DNA from: Blastocladiella emersonii ATCC 22665
Taxonomy: Eukaryota; Fungi; Blastocladiomycota
Direction: 5' to 3'
NCBI GenBank assembly: GCA_025594325.1
Contig: JANHCV010000002.1
Location: forward strand, 2,170,001-2,234,000
Length of the DNA stretch: 64,000 bases
In this document: in pieces, positions 48,076 to 58,900 of the stretch
Layout of the letters: the number at the start of each line of letters is the position of its first letter
Position numbering within the stretch: position 1 is the stretch's first letter
Notes under the pieces: generated by a model
The model's database searches: none
Told to the model about the DNA's origin: nothing
Seen by the model: the letters and a program-made list of their open reading frames with translations, nothing else
Translations under genes and position numbers: made by a program

Positions 48076-50942
48076 TCAGGTCAGCGGCACCGCGACCTCG
48101 ATCTCAAACCACTCGCGCTCAGCGCACTCCTCCTCGGCGCTCACCGAGGACTGCGGCGTCACCTCGACGTGCCCGCCTGCGCGATGCGTCATCTTGACCA
48201 GCGCCGCGAACGTGAGGCTCACGTTCCCGAACCCGGACCCGCGCGAGCCAAGCGAGAGGTCGAGTCCGATGCCTGGATCCGAAATGTCGCGATTGAGCTT
48301 TTGAAGCGCGGCTGCCGGTGAAGTTGTGCGACTGAGGCGAGCAGAGAGCGTCAGATCGGTACCGCTTGTCGCGGACGATGGGGAGGAAAACGCTGCCGAG
48401 ATACGGCACCGCGCCCGCGGCTCGGCGAGCTTGATCGCGACCTCGACGGTCTTGGCCACGATGGCGGCGAGCGCGGGAGCCACCGCCGCGGGCACAGGTG
48501 CAGCTGCGACTTGGGCGAGATCGACCGCGAGGTCCAGCGCCTTGCTGTTGATCTTGCACTGCCGAAACTCGAACGCGCCCTTGATGACGCGGCCCAGGAA
48601 CTCGGCTAGCGTCACGTTCTCGCGCCCGACCACCGTGCTCATCACCTCGCACAGCATCCCGATACCAGAGTACCCCGAAATGTCCTTGAGCATATCGACA
48701 ATGTGCCGCGCGGCCTCGCACGCGTCGTCGAGCTCGCCGTGTACCGCGTCCGTGGCGTTCGCTGACGCGAGATCCGCAATCATGTCCTGCGCGTCCTCGA
48801 ACACATTGCCGATGACGAACTGGAGCAGGTGGCGACGCGCTCGGGCCGCGTCCATGGCCTCGCGCTTGAGGCTCGCCGCCTTGCGCATGTGTTCGACGCG
48901 TTGCGAAATGTCATGGAACAGGATCACCTGGGCGAGGCGGCGCCGCAGCGGGAGCTCGGGCTGGGCCGCGCCGGGCGGCGGCGAGGTGGCCGTCGTCGTG
49001 GTCCACTGCGTACCGTCCTCGACGGCGCTGACCGAAAGCTGAATCGCGAGCGTGGACCCGTCGCGGCGCAGGACGAGACTGTCGTGCGTACCTGGTTCGA
49101 GAGCGGGCGGACGCCGCGACAGGGTTGTTGTAGACGAGCACGAGGATGACGGCGCCGTCGCAGTTGACGACTGATGCGAGTTCCGGCTGCGCAGGGCGGA
49201 GCTGGCGCTCGTCGAGGCCGCGCACCCAGCACCACCTTCGTCGGCTGCCGCCGATGCGGCTGCTGTTGGACCAGTTGGCGCAGCGGGATCAATGGACTGC
49301 ACGCTGAGCACCGTCGAGACGTGCGCGTGGTCGAGTTCGGACATGTCGTAGTCGGTCATCTCGAGGGCCGCGTCGTTGGCGCCCATGATGAGCTCGTCGC
49401 TGTCGAGCAGGAACATACCGTCAGGAATTGCCTGCGTGATGGCCTTCGAGTAGTTGCGCAGCGCGTCGAGCAGCTGTTCCTGGGCGCGCACGCGGCGGAG
49501 CGTCTGTTGCGACACGACCACGCGCTTGAGCCCGCGTCGTACGAGCTCGGCGGCGAGAAGGAAGACCGCGGTCACCGTAGAGAACAGGACCCATGGCCAC
49601 ACGGTGCCGTAGTGGCGGCGGTACTCCTTGGTCGGGATGCACTCGACGCGCCACGGATCGAGGCCCTTGACGACGAACGGCAGCACGTACGTCTCGTGCG
49701 TTGCGAGCGACTCGGGCGTGAGCGTCGCATTGCCGGCGCCAGCGCCAGTGCTGGCCGGGTCGTAGATGAAGACGGGCTCCGGGTAGCCCGGGTAGTGCAT
49801 ACGCAGGGCAAACGCGCTGCGATTGAGCTCGTCGTTGGCGCGGAAGGCGCTCAGCAGCGCGTTGCTGAACAGGTCGTGTAAGTTGAGGCCGACCGAGACA
49901 AACCATCGCGTGAACGGCGTCGCGGGCGTCGGGTCGCGCGGAGCCACGTTCATGAAGAGGATGACGCCGAGCTTGTTGTTGTCGAGGAGGATCACGGGCG
50001 TAGTCGCGGCCCACCGGTTGAGGCGCATTGTGCCGAGGACCGGCTTGCGGCGGAGCGCGTCGGTCAGGAAGCTCCAGCCGACGGCACGACTCTGGCCGCC
50101 GTCGCTTGGCCACCTACAACGATGTTCGCGTCAGCCCATGACCGCGCTGTCAGGTCGTGGTATTATCACGCACACAAACACCCCAATGCACTTGATCGGG
50201 TCATGTTCGGCGAGATTGCCCGGGTTCGACCATATCGTGAAGTTGTAGAAGCGCTCGAGGTCGCTGGCCTGGGACTTGTCGATGACGACGCCCAGCATCA
50301 TGCGAAAGAAGAGCTTACGGTCGAACGAGGAGCGAATTCCGTACTGGCCGAGACGCTCTACGTTGAGCGCGTGTGTCAGCAAATAGATGAAAACCTCGGA
50401 CAGCAATCGCGGATGCGTACCCTCCGACAGGTCGCTTGTGGCGTGTGCAAACGCAGCGAGATTCTGCACGTACTGTACCGAGCGCACGGCGAAAACGGTC
50501 TCGAGCGAGCGGACGCTGACCTGGCACGTGTGGGTGAAGTCGCGCAGGAAGGTTCGCCGCTCAATGGAGCGAAACCACAGACTGAGGCCAAGAGCAGCCG
50601 CTTCATACAGCGCGGGACACGAGGTCAGCGTGGAGTGCGCGCTGCGGACGAGCGTCCGGCAACTGTACCGAGGCCGATCAGCAGCACGAGGGACATCCCG
50701 ACAGCGGGTAGCGTGTGCGGCGACCTTGCGGTGCGGCGGGCGAGGCGACCGAGCACAGCGATCGCGCGGCCGCGGTACCGCCGCCAGTTGACGACGCTCA
50801 AGGAGACGGTGCCGTGGAGCGACGACCGATCGGCGTCCGTAGTCGCGTCGCCCTGTGCCTCCGACGGCGCGAGCGTCCACAGGTCGAGGCCGTGGAACTG
50901 TGTGCGGCCATCCTCAGCAGTTCTGCGACTTGTTTGCTCCAT
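48076..50942 (-). CDS. Intact copy (C): TM-CHASE-TM-PAS sensor with degenerate HisKA/HATPase module and no receiver domain (891 aa)
   Basis: Introns 50601-50668, 50358-50420 and 50114-50173 give a 2676-nt CDS. TM1 VGMSLVLLIGLAAALGLSLW; TM2 WPWVLFSTVTAVFLLAA; PAS AIPDGMFLLD..IMGAND and VLRRDGS..VILFHDIS; G1-like DPGIG and G2-like GSGFG. The CHASE call is by pattern only. Confidence 0.78.
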
Positions 50943-51183
50943 GTTATCGAACGGGGAGCGGGAGTAGGGACGTGCTAAAGCGGGCACGCCAGATAGGCAG
51001 TGGGCGCTGCAACCGATCCTCCGGCGCTGCCCCGCACGGGCGCGCGCGTGTTCGAAAACGGGTGCACGCGCGCCCGTCTTCGATGCCAAGGCCGCGACCG
51101 CGTTCCGGAACGTGTCGCGCCACCCTTTTTCTCCCCTCCGCCCGCCATACTCAACCCAGCAATGAAGCTGCACCTCCGCTACT

Positions 51184-53380
51184 CTATGCATCGGTCCACT
51201 CATCGTCAGTTCGAGTTCTGCTGACCGCTGGCCGCTCCTTGCGCTTGGACGCGCGCTTCTTCTTCTGCTGCTGAGGCTCGCCGTCGACCTGCATCAACTC
51301 TCCATCATGTGCTGCATCCACCTCGGGTTCGGGTGCGCGTTCGACCGGCTGCTCAGATGGAACCGTGAGCGAGCGGGCCATGACGGGCTCGAACTGGAAA
51401 AAGTCGCCAAACGCGAGGACGTGCAGGCCGCCAAACGGACGATGGTCGCGGCTCGGGTATAGCGCGTCGAAGCGCAAGTGCATTGCGGCGAACAGCTCGG
51501 CGCCGACCATGGAGATCTCGTCGATAAGGACAAACTTGACGGAGCGGAACGAGCCCTCGAGCTCGGCCTTGGCTTTGTCGCTCATCGGCTTGGTCGCCGA
51601 GACGACGGTGCCGATACCGCACATGGCGTGGATCGTAGAGCCGCCAATGAGCGCCACGGCTACGCCGGTCGGGGCGCAGATCTTGAGCCACGAGCTGCTG
51701 CCCTTGGCGACGAACATGTCGCGGATCGAGTTGATGACGCGACTCTTGCCCGTGCCCGCCTCGCCGTGGACGAGCATGAGGAGCTGCTCGACGTCAGCGT
51801 CGCCGCGCTTGATGGCATCGAGCGTCGACTCGACGTGCTCAACGAAGCGGCGCTGCTCGATGTTGAGCCCTTGAAGGTACGGAGCGAGCTGCTCCTGCTC
51901 CACGAGCTGCACCTGGAAGGCTGGCGGTGCGACACCGCCGTCTGCTTGAACGAGTCGAGCGCGAGGGGGCTCCGCCGAGCGTTCTGCGGCAAACTGACGG
52001 GCATCCTCGTCAGCCTTCCTGGCCAGGTCGGTGTAGTTGACGAGTTGCGCGAACCACGCCGGATCCGAGTCGACCTTGAGTAGCTGCTGGCGAAGCTCGA
52101 GTGGAGGAGCAGTGCGTTTGAGTTTGAGAGCAGTCCGTAGTGTACTACTGAGATGAGGCGCATGGCCGCGTGCTGGTCGTTCTGGGAGATGAGCGACGGG
52201 ATCTCCTGCAGGAACGCGTCGTTGCCGTGAGCTTCCTGCGCGATGCCGACGGGCATGATCTAACCGTCAGCCCCGTCGTCGTTGCCCATGCCAGTACCGC
52301 CGGCACGTGGAAGGCCGACCTGCTCAGGCGTCGCGCTGTTGTCAGCCTCAGAATCGGCGATCAGCTTGCCGGGCGACGTGTTCACTTAGTCGCGGAAGTT
52401 GTTGATCCACCGGAGCCGATCGCTGCCCTGCTCGAGCGTGTATTTGAAGAGATCGAGCGCCTGCGACTACGTCTCGCCGCGAGCTGCGACCACCTCGGTG
52501 ATGACGCGGAACGGCTTGAACAGGATCATGGAGATCATGGCGCGCGACTTGGTGCTGTCAAAGTCGGACGACTGGCCGACCTTCTTGTTGAACAGCGGCA
52601 CGGGAACGACCTTGGCCGCGCGCATCGCCCTAATGAGCTTGCCGACTGCAGCACGCGTGTCGCGGAACTTGTACCGCGGCTCGGCGTGGCGACCGCGCTT
52701 GGCGCGCGGCGCGTTGCCGTTGCCGGCATCGTTGTCAGGCACGGACTGCTTCAAGCGGTTCGTCGCGGACTTGATGGGCTCCATGCGACAGCACCGGACA
52801 AAGTCGTAGAGCGAGAGCGACTCGAGCTCGCTGGGTTGGTACATGTAGTGGTCGGCGATCGTGATCTTGTTGGTGACCGGGCGCTTTGAAAACGTGATGT
52901 GCTCGTCGTTGTTCTCGTCGTCCTCCTGCTCGAGCTCGCGCTCATCGTCGACTGCCGCGGCGCCGTTCTCGCCGACGCGCTGCGCGTCAGTCTTGTTGCT
53001 CGGTGCGTCCGAGCCCGCCGCGTTCGTAACCATACGCAGAGGAACTGATAGAGTGAGACGTGGGCGGAGCTGTACGTCGTGTAGACCCACGTCTCCTCGC
53101 CCTTGCGGATCAGGTCGAGCGCGATGTACTGGCCGCTGATCTCACGAGACGTTTTTGAGCAATGGACGAGGCCGGGCAGAATGGAGCCGACCAAGAGCGG
53201 GAGCGGCACCGCCGAGTTGAGCTCGCACTCACGCAGCTTCTTAGCGTGCTCGAGCAGGGCGTACGTGTTGTACGAGGATGGCGGCACCTTAAGAGGACGA
53301 CGGCACCTTGGCGACGTATTTGGTGATGTAGTAGGTCGGGTGGCGCGAGTTGATCAAGTGGTGCATCAGGCGCGCGGAGA
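51184..53380 (-). mobile_element. Decayed Helitron (Rep C-terminal part + truncated PIF1 helicase)
   Basis: Rep-type YYITKYVAK (about 53307-53334), HYMYQPSELESLSLYDF and MILFKPFR; PIF1 motifs HGEAGTGKS, APTGVA, LIDEISMV, PFGG..GDFFQFEPV. Multiple frame breaks; the later helicase motifs are missing. Confidence 0.82.
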
Positions 53381-53389
53381 ACGGGAACT

Positions 53390-53900
53390 CAGGATTCCTT
53401 CAGAACTCCATGAAACGCAGAGAGGATGGACACGGGAACGTCTCAAGAGAAGAAAGTATCAGTGTATAAACAGTCAAAAAATGAATTTGTGATCGTGATG
53501 AACACGGGCTTGAGGAAGATGGCGAAGGACAGAAGTGAACCAATTCGGTCGAAACTCCGCAGGATGATGCTTTCTATGGTGCCAAACTTTTTGCATGGAG
53601 TGACCGAGTAAATTTTATCGGAGTATTTCAAATCCATGATGGAGAAAATTGAGGAAAAGATTATTCGATTGCGAGGAAGTCGCGTGGCGCGACGCGTCGC
53701 GGTGCATCACGCAAGAAACAGCACGATCTTGAGCTCATCGATAGCCCAGCTTGACGCGGAATTCAGCTCAACAGAAACTCAGCCTACTGCTGAGAAATAG
53801 TATCACATTTTCGGTTGAGCAATCTTCGACAGTTGGGCGATGTGTTCGCCGTAAGCATTTACTTGCGCTAAAACAATCGAGGGCTAAAGCCCTCTTTTTA
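53390..53900. other. AT-rich compositional island between the Helitron relic and the LINE relic
   Basis: Visibly near 40% GC by eye against roughly two-thirds GC in the genes; carries a + strand frame broken by one TAA. Confidence 0.45.
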
Positions 53901-54399
53901 GACCGCGTCGCGGCCGGACAGGGTGCCGACGCTCACGTGAGCATGTCGCCCTCTCGTCATGTGAATGTCCTCGAAACGCGTGACAGACGCGTCGTTTGTC
54001 ATGTGATCGCTGTGGCGCAACGCGTCCTGGCCGTGCACGTGATCGGCCTCGGCCCAACCCCCGGAAGCGCGTCGCTTGACGCTGTTCCGCTCGGCCATCG
54101 CGGAACGTTTAACGCTTTGCACTGACCCTCGACCAGGCCCGCGAGACTCCGAGCACATGAAAGCGCGAGAGATGCAGAAGCGCGGTAAGCCGCTAACGGA
54201 GCCCGTGCTTGGAGTGCGTGTTGGGAAAATGGAGCCCGTGTTCGGTACACATCCTTAAACGACGCGGTTCACCTGGGAGCCGCTAGCGCAGGCTCGTTGA
54301 CGTGGGCGCGAGTTCAACGGTTGCACCGAGAACGACTTGCGAGGTCCCATGAACGTGAGTTCGAGTGAGGACTGCGAGGTCGAGAGATCAGCTCTTTGA

Positions 54400-55155
54400 G
54401 TTGCGGTCCGTTACACGGACGGGTCGCTCCGTGGCTTGGGTTTGCCAGACGTTGCAGCGGGCGCAGACGTCTTCGTGAGCGGATCGCTGGAGCTCGCTGT
54501 TCGCGTGGGTGCGGGTCCGCGCAACGTGCTCGCTCGAGTGGGCCGTGCTCCGCTGGATCATCGCGGCCCGCGAGCTCCAGGTCGAGTGGGTCCGTGGCCA
54601 CGCCGTGAACTTGGAGAATGAGGAGGCCGACGCGCTCGCCAACAAGGGCTGCCGCGCATCTCCCGCTGCGAATCGCCGCCGTCGTCCGCGCGGACCTCGA
54701 TGCGCCCTTCAAGGCGCGCAGGCACGGCTGCGACTTCAACTCAGTCCCGCGACGCGCTCTCAGCCGCCTGCGCGACGCGCGACACGACCCGCTGCTCGCT
54801 CTGACCGCGTCCGCTGGCATCACATCCTCCCCCATCGATGTCCTCCCAGCCCTTGTCACTGCGCTTCGGGGCAGCACGCGCCGCATCCACCCGAGCGAGT
54901 CCCTCACCGCGAACTCGCTCCCGTGCTTCCAGCTCCGCGCGCTCGCAGGCCAGCTGCCGACCCGCGGCTGTTTGCACTAGCTCTGGCCGCACCGCTACGA
55001 GTCCCCCAACTGCGCCGAATGCCCAAAAACTGGCGGCAAGGTCGCCGACACTCACTCGTACGCGTTTGAGTGCACACTCTTCGCGCGCAATCGTCTCCGC
55101 GGCACTGGACGACGTCCGCATCGTAAGCGCCCTCGCGGCGGTCGACAAGGGCTAG
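54400..55155 (+). mobile_element. 3' fragment of a second, decayed non-LTR retrotransposon (RNase H + Cys/His region)
   Basis: YTDGS (about 54411), EWVRGHAVNLENEEADALA (about 54583-54640), then GQLPTRGCLH*LWPHRYESPNCAEC..DTHSYAFEC across frameshifts and a stop. Confidence 0.75.
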
Positions 55156-55473
55156 ATCGGGGGCGGGCTCCGCACCAGCGTCACCGGATCGCTCGCCGAG
55201 CGCCTTCTCAACCCAAAACACATGAAGCACCGTGGCCGCCATCGTGGACGCACCACTCGTCGCGTGGTTCAAACAGCTTTACTGAGACAAACTCATCGAT
55301 CCACGCCTCGCGCTCCTGCCGCGAGGGCCATCGCCTCGAGCGCCATGCAGGAGCTTGCTTGGCGCCCTCGCTGCAGCGCGATTGCTGATGCCGCGCCGGT
55401 GACACATGACGGTGCCCTGCCTCCACTCAACGCGAGCGACCAACCGCACCATCCTTTGTTGAAGCGCGCGCAT

Positions 55474-55678
55474 CGCGCAAAGCTGCAACGCGCAAAGCTG
55501 CAACGCGCAAAGCTGCAACGCGCAAAGCTGCAACGCGCAAAGCTGCAACGCGCAAAGCTGCAACGCGCAAAGCTGCAACGCGCAAAGCTGCAACGCGCAA
55601 AGCTGCAACGCGCAAAGCTGCAACGCGCAAAGCTGCAACGCGCAAAGCTGCAACGCGCGAAGCTGCCACGCGCGAAAC
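55474..55678. repeat. 15-bp minisatellite (CGCGCAAAGCTGCAA)x12 plus one degenerate and one partial unit
   Basis: Twelve identical units start at 55474; divergent units (CGCGCGAAGCTGCCA) occur only at the 3' end. Confidence 0.95.
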
Positions 55679-55999
55679 GGCGCAAGCGCCCAACGTGGCG
55701 CGGGCTTTAGCCCTCGATTGAGAACCAGACGCGAAGCGTTTAGGTGCCGCAAGTATAATTAATGTGCGCCTGGAAACCAGTGTGTTTTCTGCATCCTCAA
55801 CCACAGCTCGTGCCCTTCAAGGCGCGCAACGGAAGCGTCACATCACGTGTGTGGCGCGACGCGTCCATCGCGGCCAAAACTGCGTCACTTGGCCGTGGGC
55901 GATCGCACCCCCTGCAACGTAATCGACCCAGAACTGCCTGCAACGGATCGTCCTCGATAGGACAATAAACCCCACCAAGTCTGCGACGCCGCCGCCAAA

Positions 56000-58900
56000 A
56001 TGTCGTCGTCGTCGCAGCACCCGCCGCCGTCTGACGCGTCCGCATCCATGGCGGCCCCACCCCCAGGCACTTTCCACCCGCCCGGAATGCTCCCCTTCCC
56101 GCAACCTTCTGCAGGCTTCACTATGAACCAAAATAACGCGTCCTCAAACAATATGGGCCGCGGCGACGCGCGTGGGAACGCGGTTCCCACGTCCCCCGCT
56201 CATGCGTCGCGCGAGTCCGCCGCCTCACACACCGCCATCCACAACGTCGGTCGTGCCCGCATGCACAACAGCTTCCTCCGCATCCGCTTTGATTACTTCC
56301 ACGGCATCCCCAACCCGAAGCTCGCGATCCGTCTCGCTGCAGGCGCCGTGGCGTTGCACGGCCTGGAGATTTCTTACCGCACCGACCTCGCTGGGGTCCA
56401 GTGGATCTTCTTCCACGCCGTCAACCCGGTCCAGCACCAGAACCTCGCCGCCGCCACTCTGAACATCCCGAATGTCGTTGCGTTTCAGTTTGAATCAGTC
56501 ACCCCTGATGACACGAACGGCCCCTGGACCAGCCTCAAGATTACTCGCATCACCCGTGATGTCCCCCGCGACGAGATCGTTGCTGTTCTCCGCGGAGCGG
56601 GCTTCGAGACGCACTTTATTGGATTCCGTGGCAAGAAGACCGCCGCTACGAAGTGGGCGATCGTACTTGGTCAGAATCGCGCGGCCGCCGCTAACCTTGT
56701 CACTGCTCGCGCTCATATCATTCACGGTACGCAGGTGCAGATCTGGAACGTTGCTGACAATGTAGCTGAAATCCTCGAGGAGGAGAAATCGCGTTCGCTT
56801 CTTCTGTGCGGGCTCCCGCGCAACACGTTCATCAAGGACTACCGTCTCTCTTTCCTCGCCAACCACGGCGCGGTCACTTGGTCCGTTTCCCGCCCCGCTT
56901 CTGGCCTGCCGCCGCGCACCGCGTGGGTCGTCTTCAAGTCGCAGGAGGCCCGCAACGAGGCTCGCAAGGTTGCGTTCCGGCTTGATGGCTGCGTGCTCAC
57001 CTGGGCCGCCCCGGGTGAGAAGAACTGTTTCACGTGCGGCGACGCCACACACCTGGCCGCGGCCTGCCCGCTCAAGCCCGCCGCCCCGGCTCGCCGCCCT
57101 GCTCCCTCCAAGAGCAACGCTGCTCCCACGCGCGGTCGCCAGGCCGCAGCCCCTGCTACTCCCCGCAATGGATCGCCCGCTTGCACCCCCTCTCAGAAGG
57201 GCAAGGGCCGCCGCACCGCGTCGCAGGTTCCTGGCGCCACTTTTGTGATCACCAAATCGGCGACCGCGTCGCCCTCCGAGGCCGCTTCCACGCGTGCTGC
57301 GTCCCGCGGCTCGAGCCCGCGGCGCCAGCACGTCTCGTACTCTCAGGCCGTCGTTTCTGGCCAGTCCTCCGCCGCCACACTTGCGCTTGGGGAGCGCGTC
57401 CGCATGCTTGAGCAGGAGAACCAGCTCCTGAAGGCCAAGGTTTCTGATCTCACCAAGGAGAATGCTCGCCTTCAGGCGGAGCGCCGTGCTGACATTGAGG
57501 CGGCGGTTGCGATGGTTGAGAAGCGCAACCAGTCCATCCTTGCCACGCTGGGCAAGCTTGCCTCGACCATGGACGAGTTCGCTCGCTCGCCCAGCAGCCC
57601 GCTCGCGCCGATCGCTGACAGTCTTGCTAACATTGCTTCCTCGCTTGAGGCTACCGAGGCGGCAACGTTGCTGCTGCCTGACTTTGCCCCATCTGACAAA
57701 TCGAATGCTGACGCTGTTATGAGCAAAGCCCCGCCGCCCTCATCAGAGGCCCCCTCTTCTTCCACAATTAGCGAGTCCTCGTCGTCTGGGGAGGAGGGCG
57801 AGGAAGACGATCTCATGCCGCCGCCCGCCGTCGCCGCTGCTGCTGCTGCGGCTCCCTCTGCAGCCGCGGTCATTCCGCCGCTCACCGTCCAGACGGCTGC
57901 CCAGCATCGGCCCAAGGCCCACGGTTTGACAAAGACCGCCGCGCGCACTGCTTCTGATTCGCCTGTCACGGCGGACCGCGCTCACCTGCCCAAGGCTCCC
58001 AAAGTTGCGTTCAGCAGTAACGCCAGTGAGAGTCCCGCTGCCGCCACCGCTTCCTCGCTGAACAATGGCAAGGCCCCAGTTCGCTCCTCCTCCAAGACTC
58101 GTGGGGGGGGGGGGGGGGGGGGGAGCGAGCGGTCAGTAATGGCCGCGCCCTGCGAGCATTCTCCCCGCCCGTTCAACGTGCTCTGCCAGAACGTGAGCAG
58201 TCGCATCAAGGCTGGCGCTTACCTCAGCCTTGTTGAGCACACTAACAGTTTTGATATTTCCGTTGACGCACTCTTCATTTCAGAAACGAGACTAACACCT
58301 ACTTCGTACGCATTGCTCAAGGCTGGCCTTGGGCGGCAGCTTGAGATAGATTGGACAACGCGGTGGTCCAGCCACAGCTCTGCTGTGGGTCACGGCGGCT
58401 GTGCACTGTTTATCCGCTGGGACTTTGAGCCGTTCAGCGGCGGCTGGTTTGCGATCCCAGGTCTCGCCATGGCGGCTGTTCTACAGCGGCCGCGGCTGGG
58501 ACCACTTGTTCTGATTTCTGTTTACTTCCCCCCGCACAACGGCGCGCACGAGGAGCTGAAGGAGCTCGCCGCATTCATTCGCCAACGCGTGCGCGCTGGC
58601 TGCGACTTCATCCTTGGGGGCGACCTCAATGTGGTGAGCAGCTGCCGCAGTCGCGACTTTGTTGACTTTCTGGTCAGCGAATTTGGCGCAGTGGAAGTGG
58701 GCGCGTATTTTGGTGTGAACGCGCCCACGCACTGTTGCGGGGGTCGGCTGGACCTCATGTTCGCTACAGAGGGCGCGCTTGGGTGCTCTCGGCGGTATTC
58801 ACTGGTCGACCTTGACCATGGGACAACGATTGCGGCTGGAGGCCACGGCCCTCCTGTCGCTTTTGTTGAGGCCAGTTCCCCATGGAAGCGTGGTGGTTTC

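Noticed and set aside
55474-55678. CRISPR-like array
   Set aside because: Units are directly abutting with no unique spacers; there are no cas genes and the context is eukaryotic.
55222-55804. (RAKLQ)n / (ALQLC)n pentapeptide-repeat-like ORFs
   Set aside because: The 15-bp unit has no stop in several frames on both strands and the units are identical with no synonymous variation, so it is a DNA repeat rather than a selected protein.
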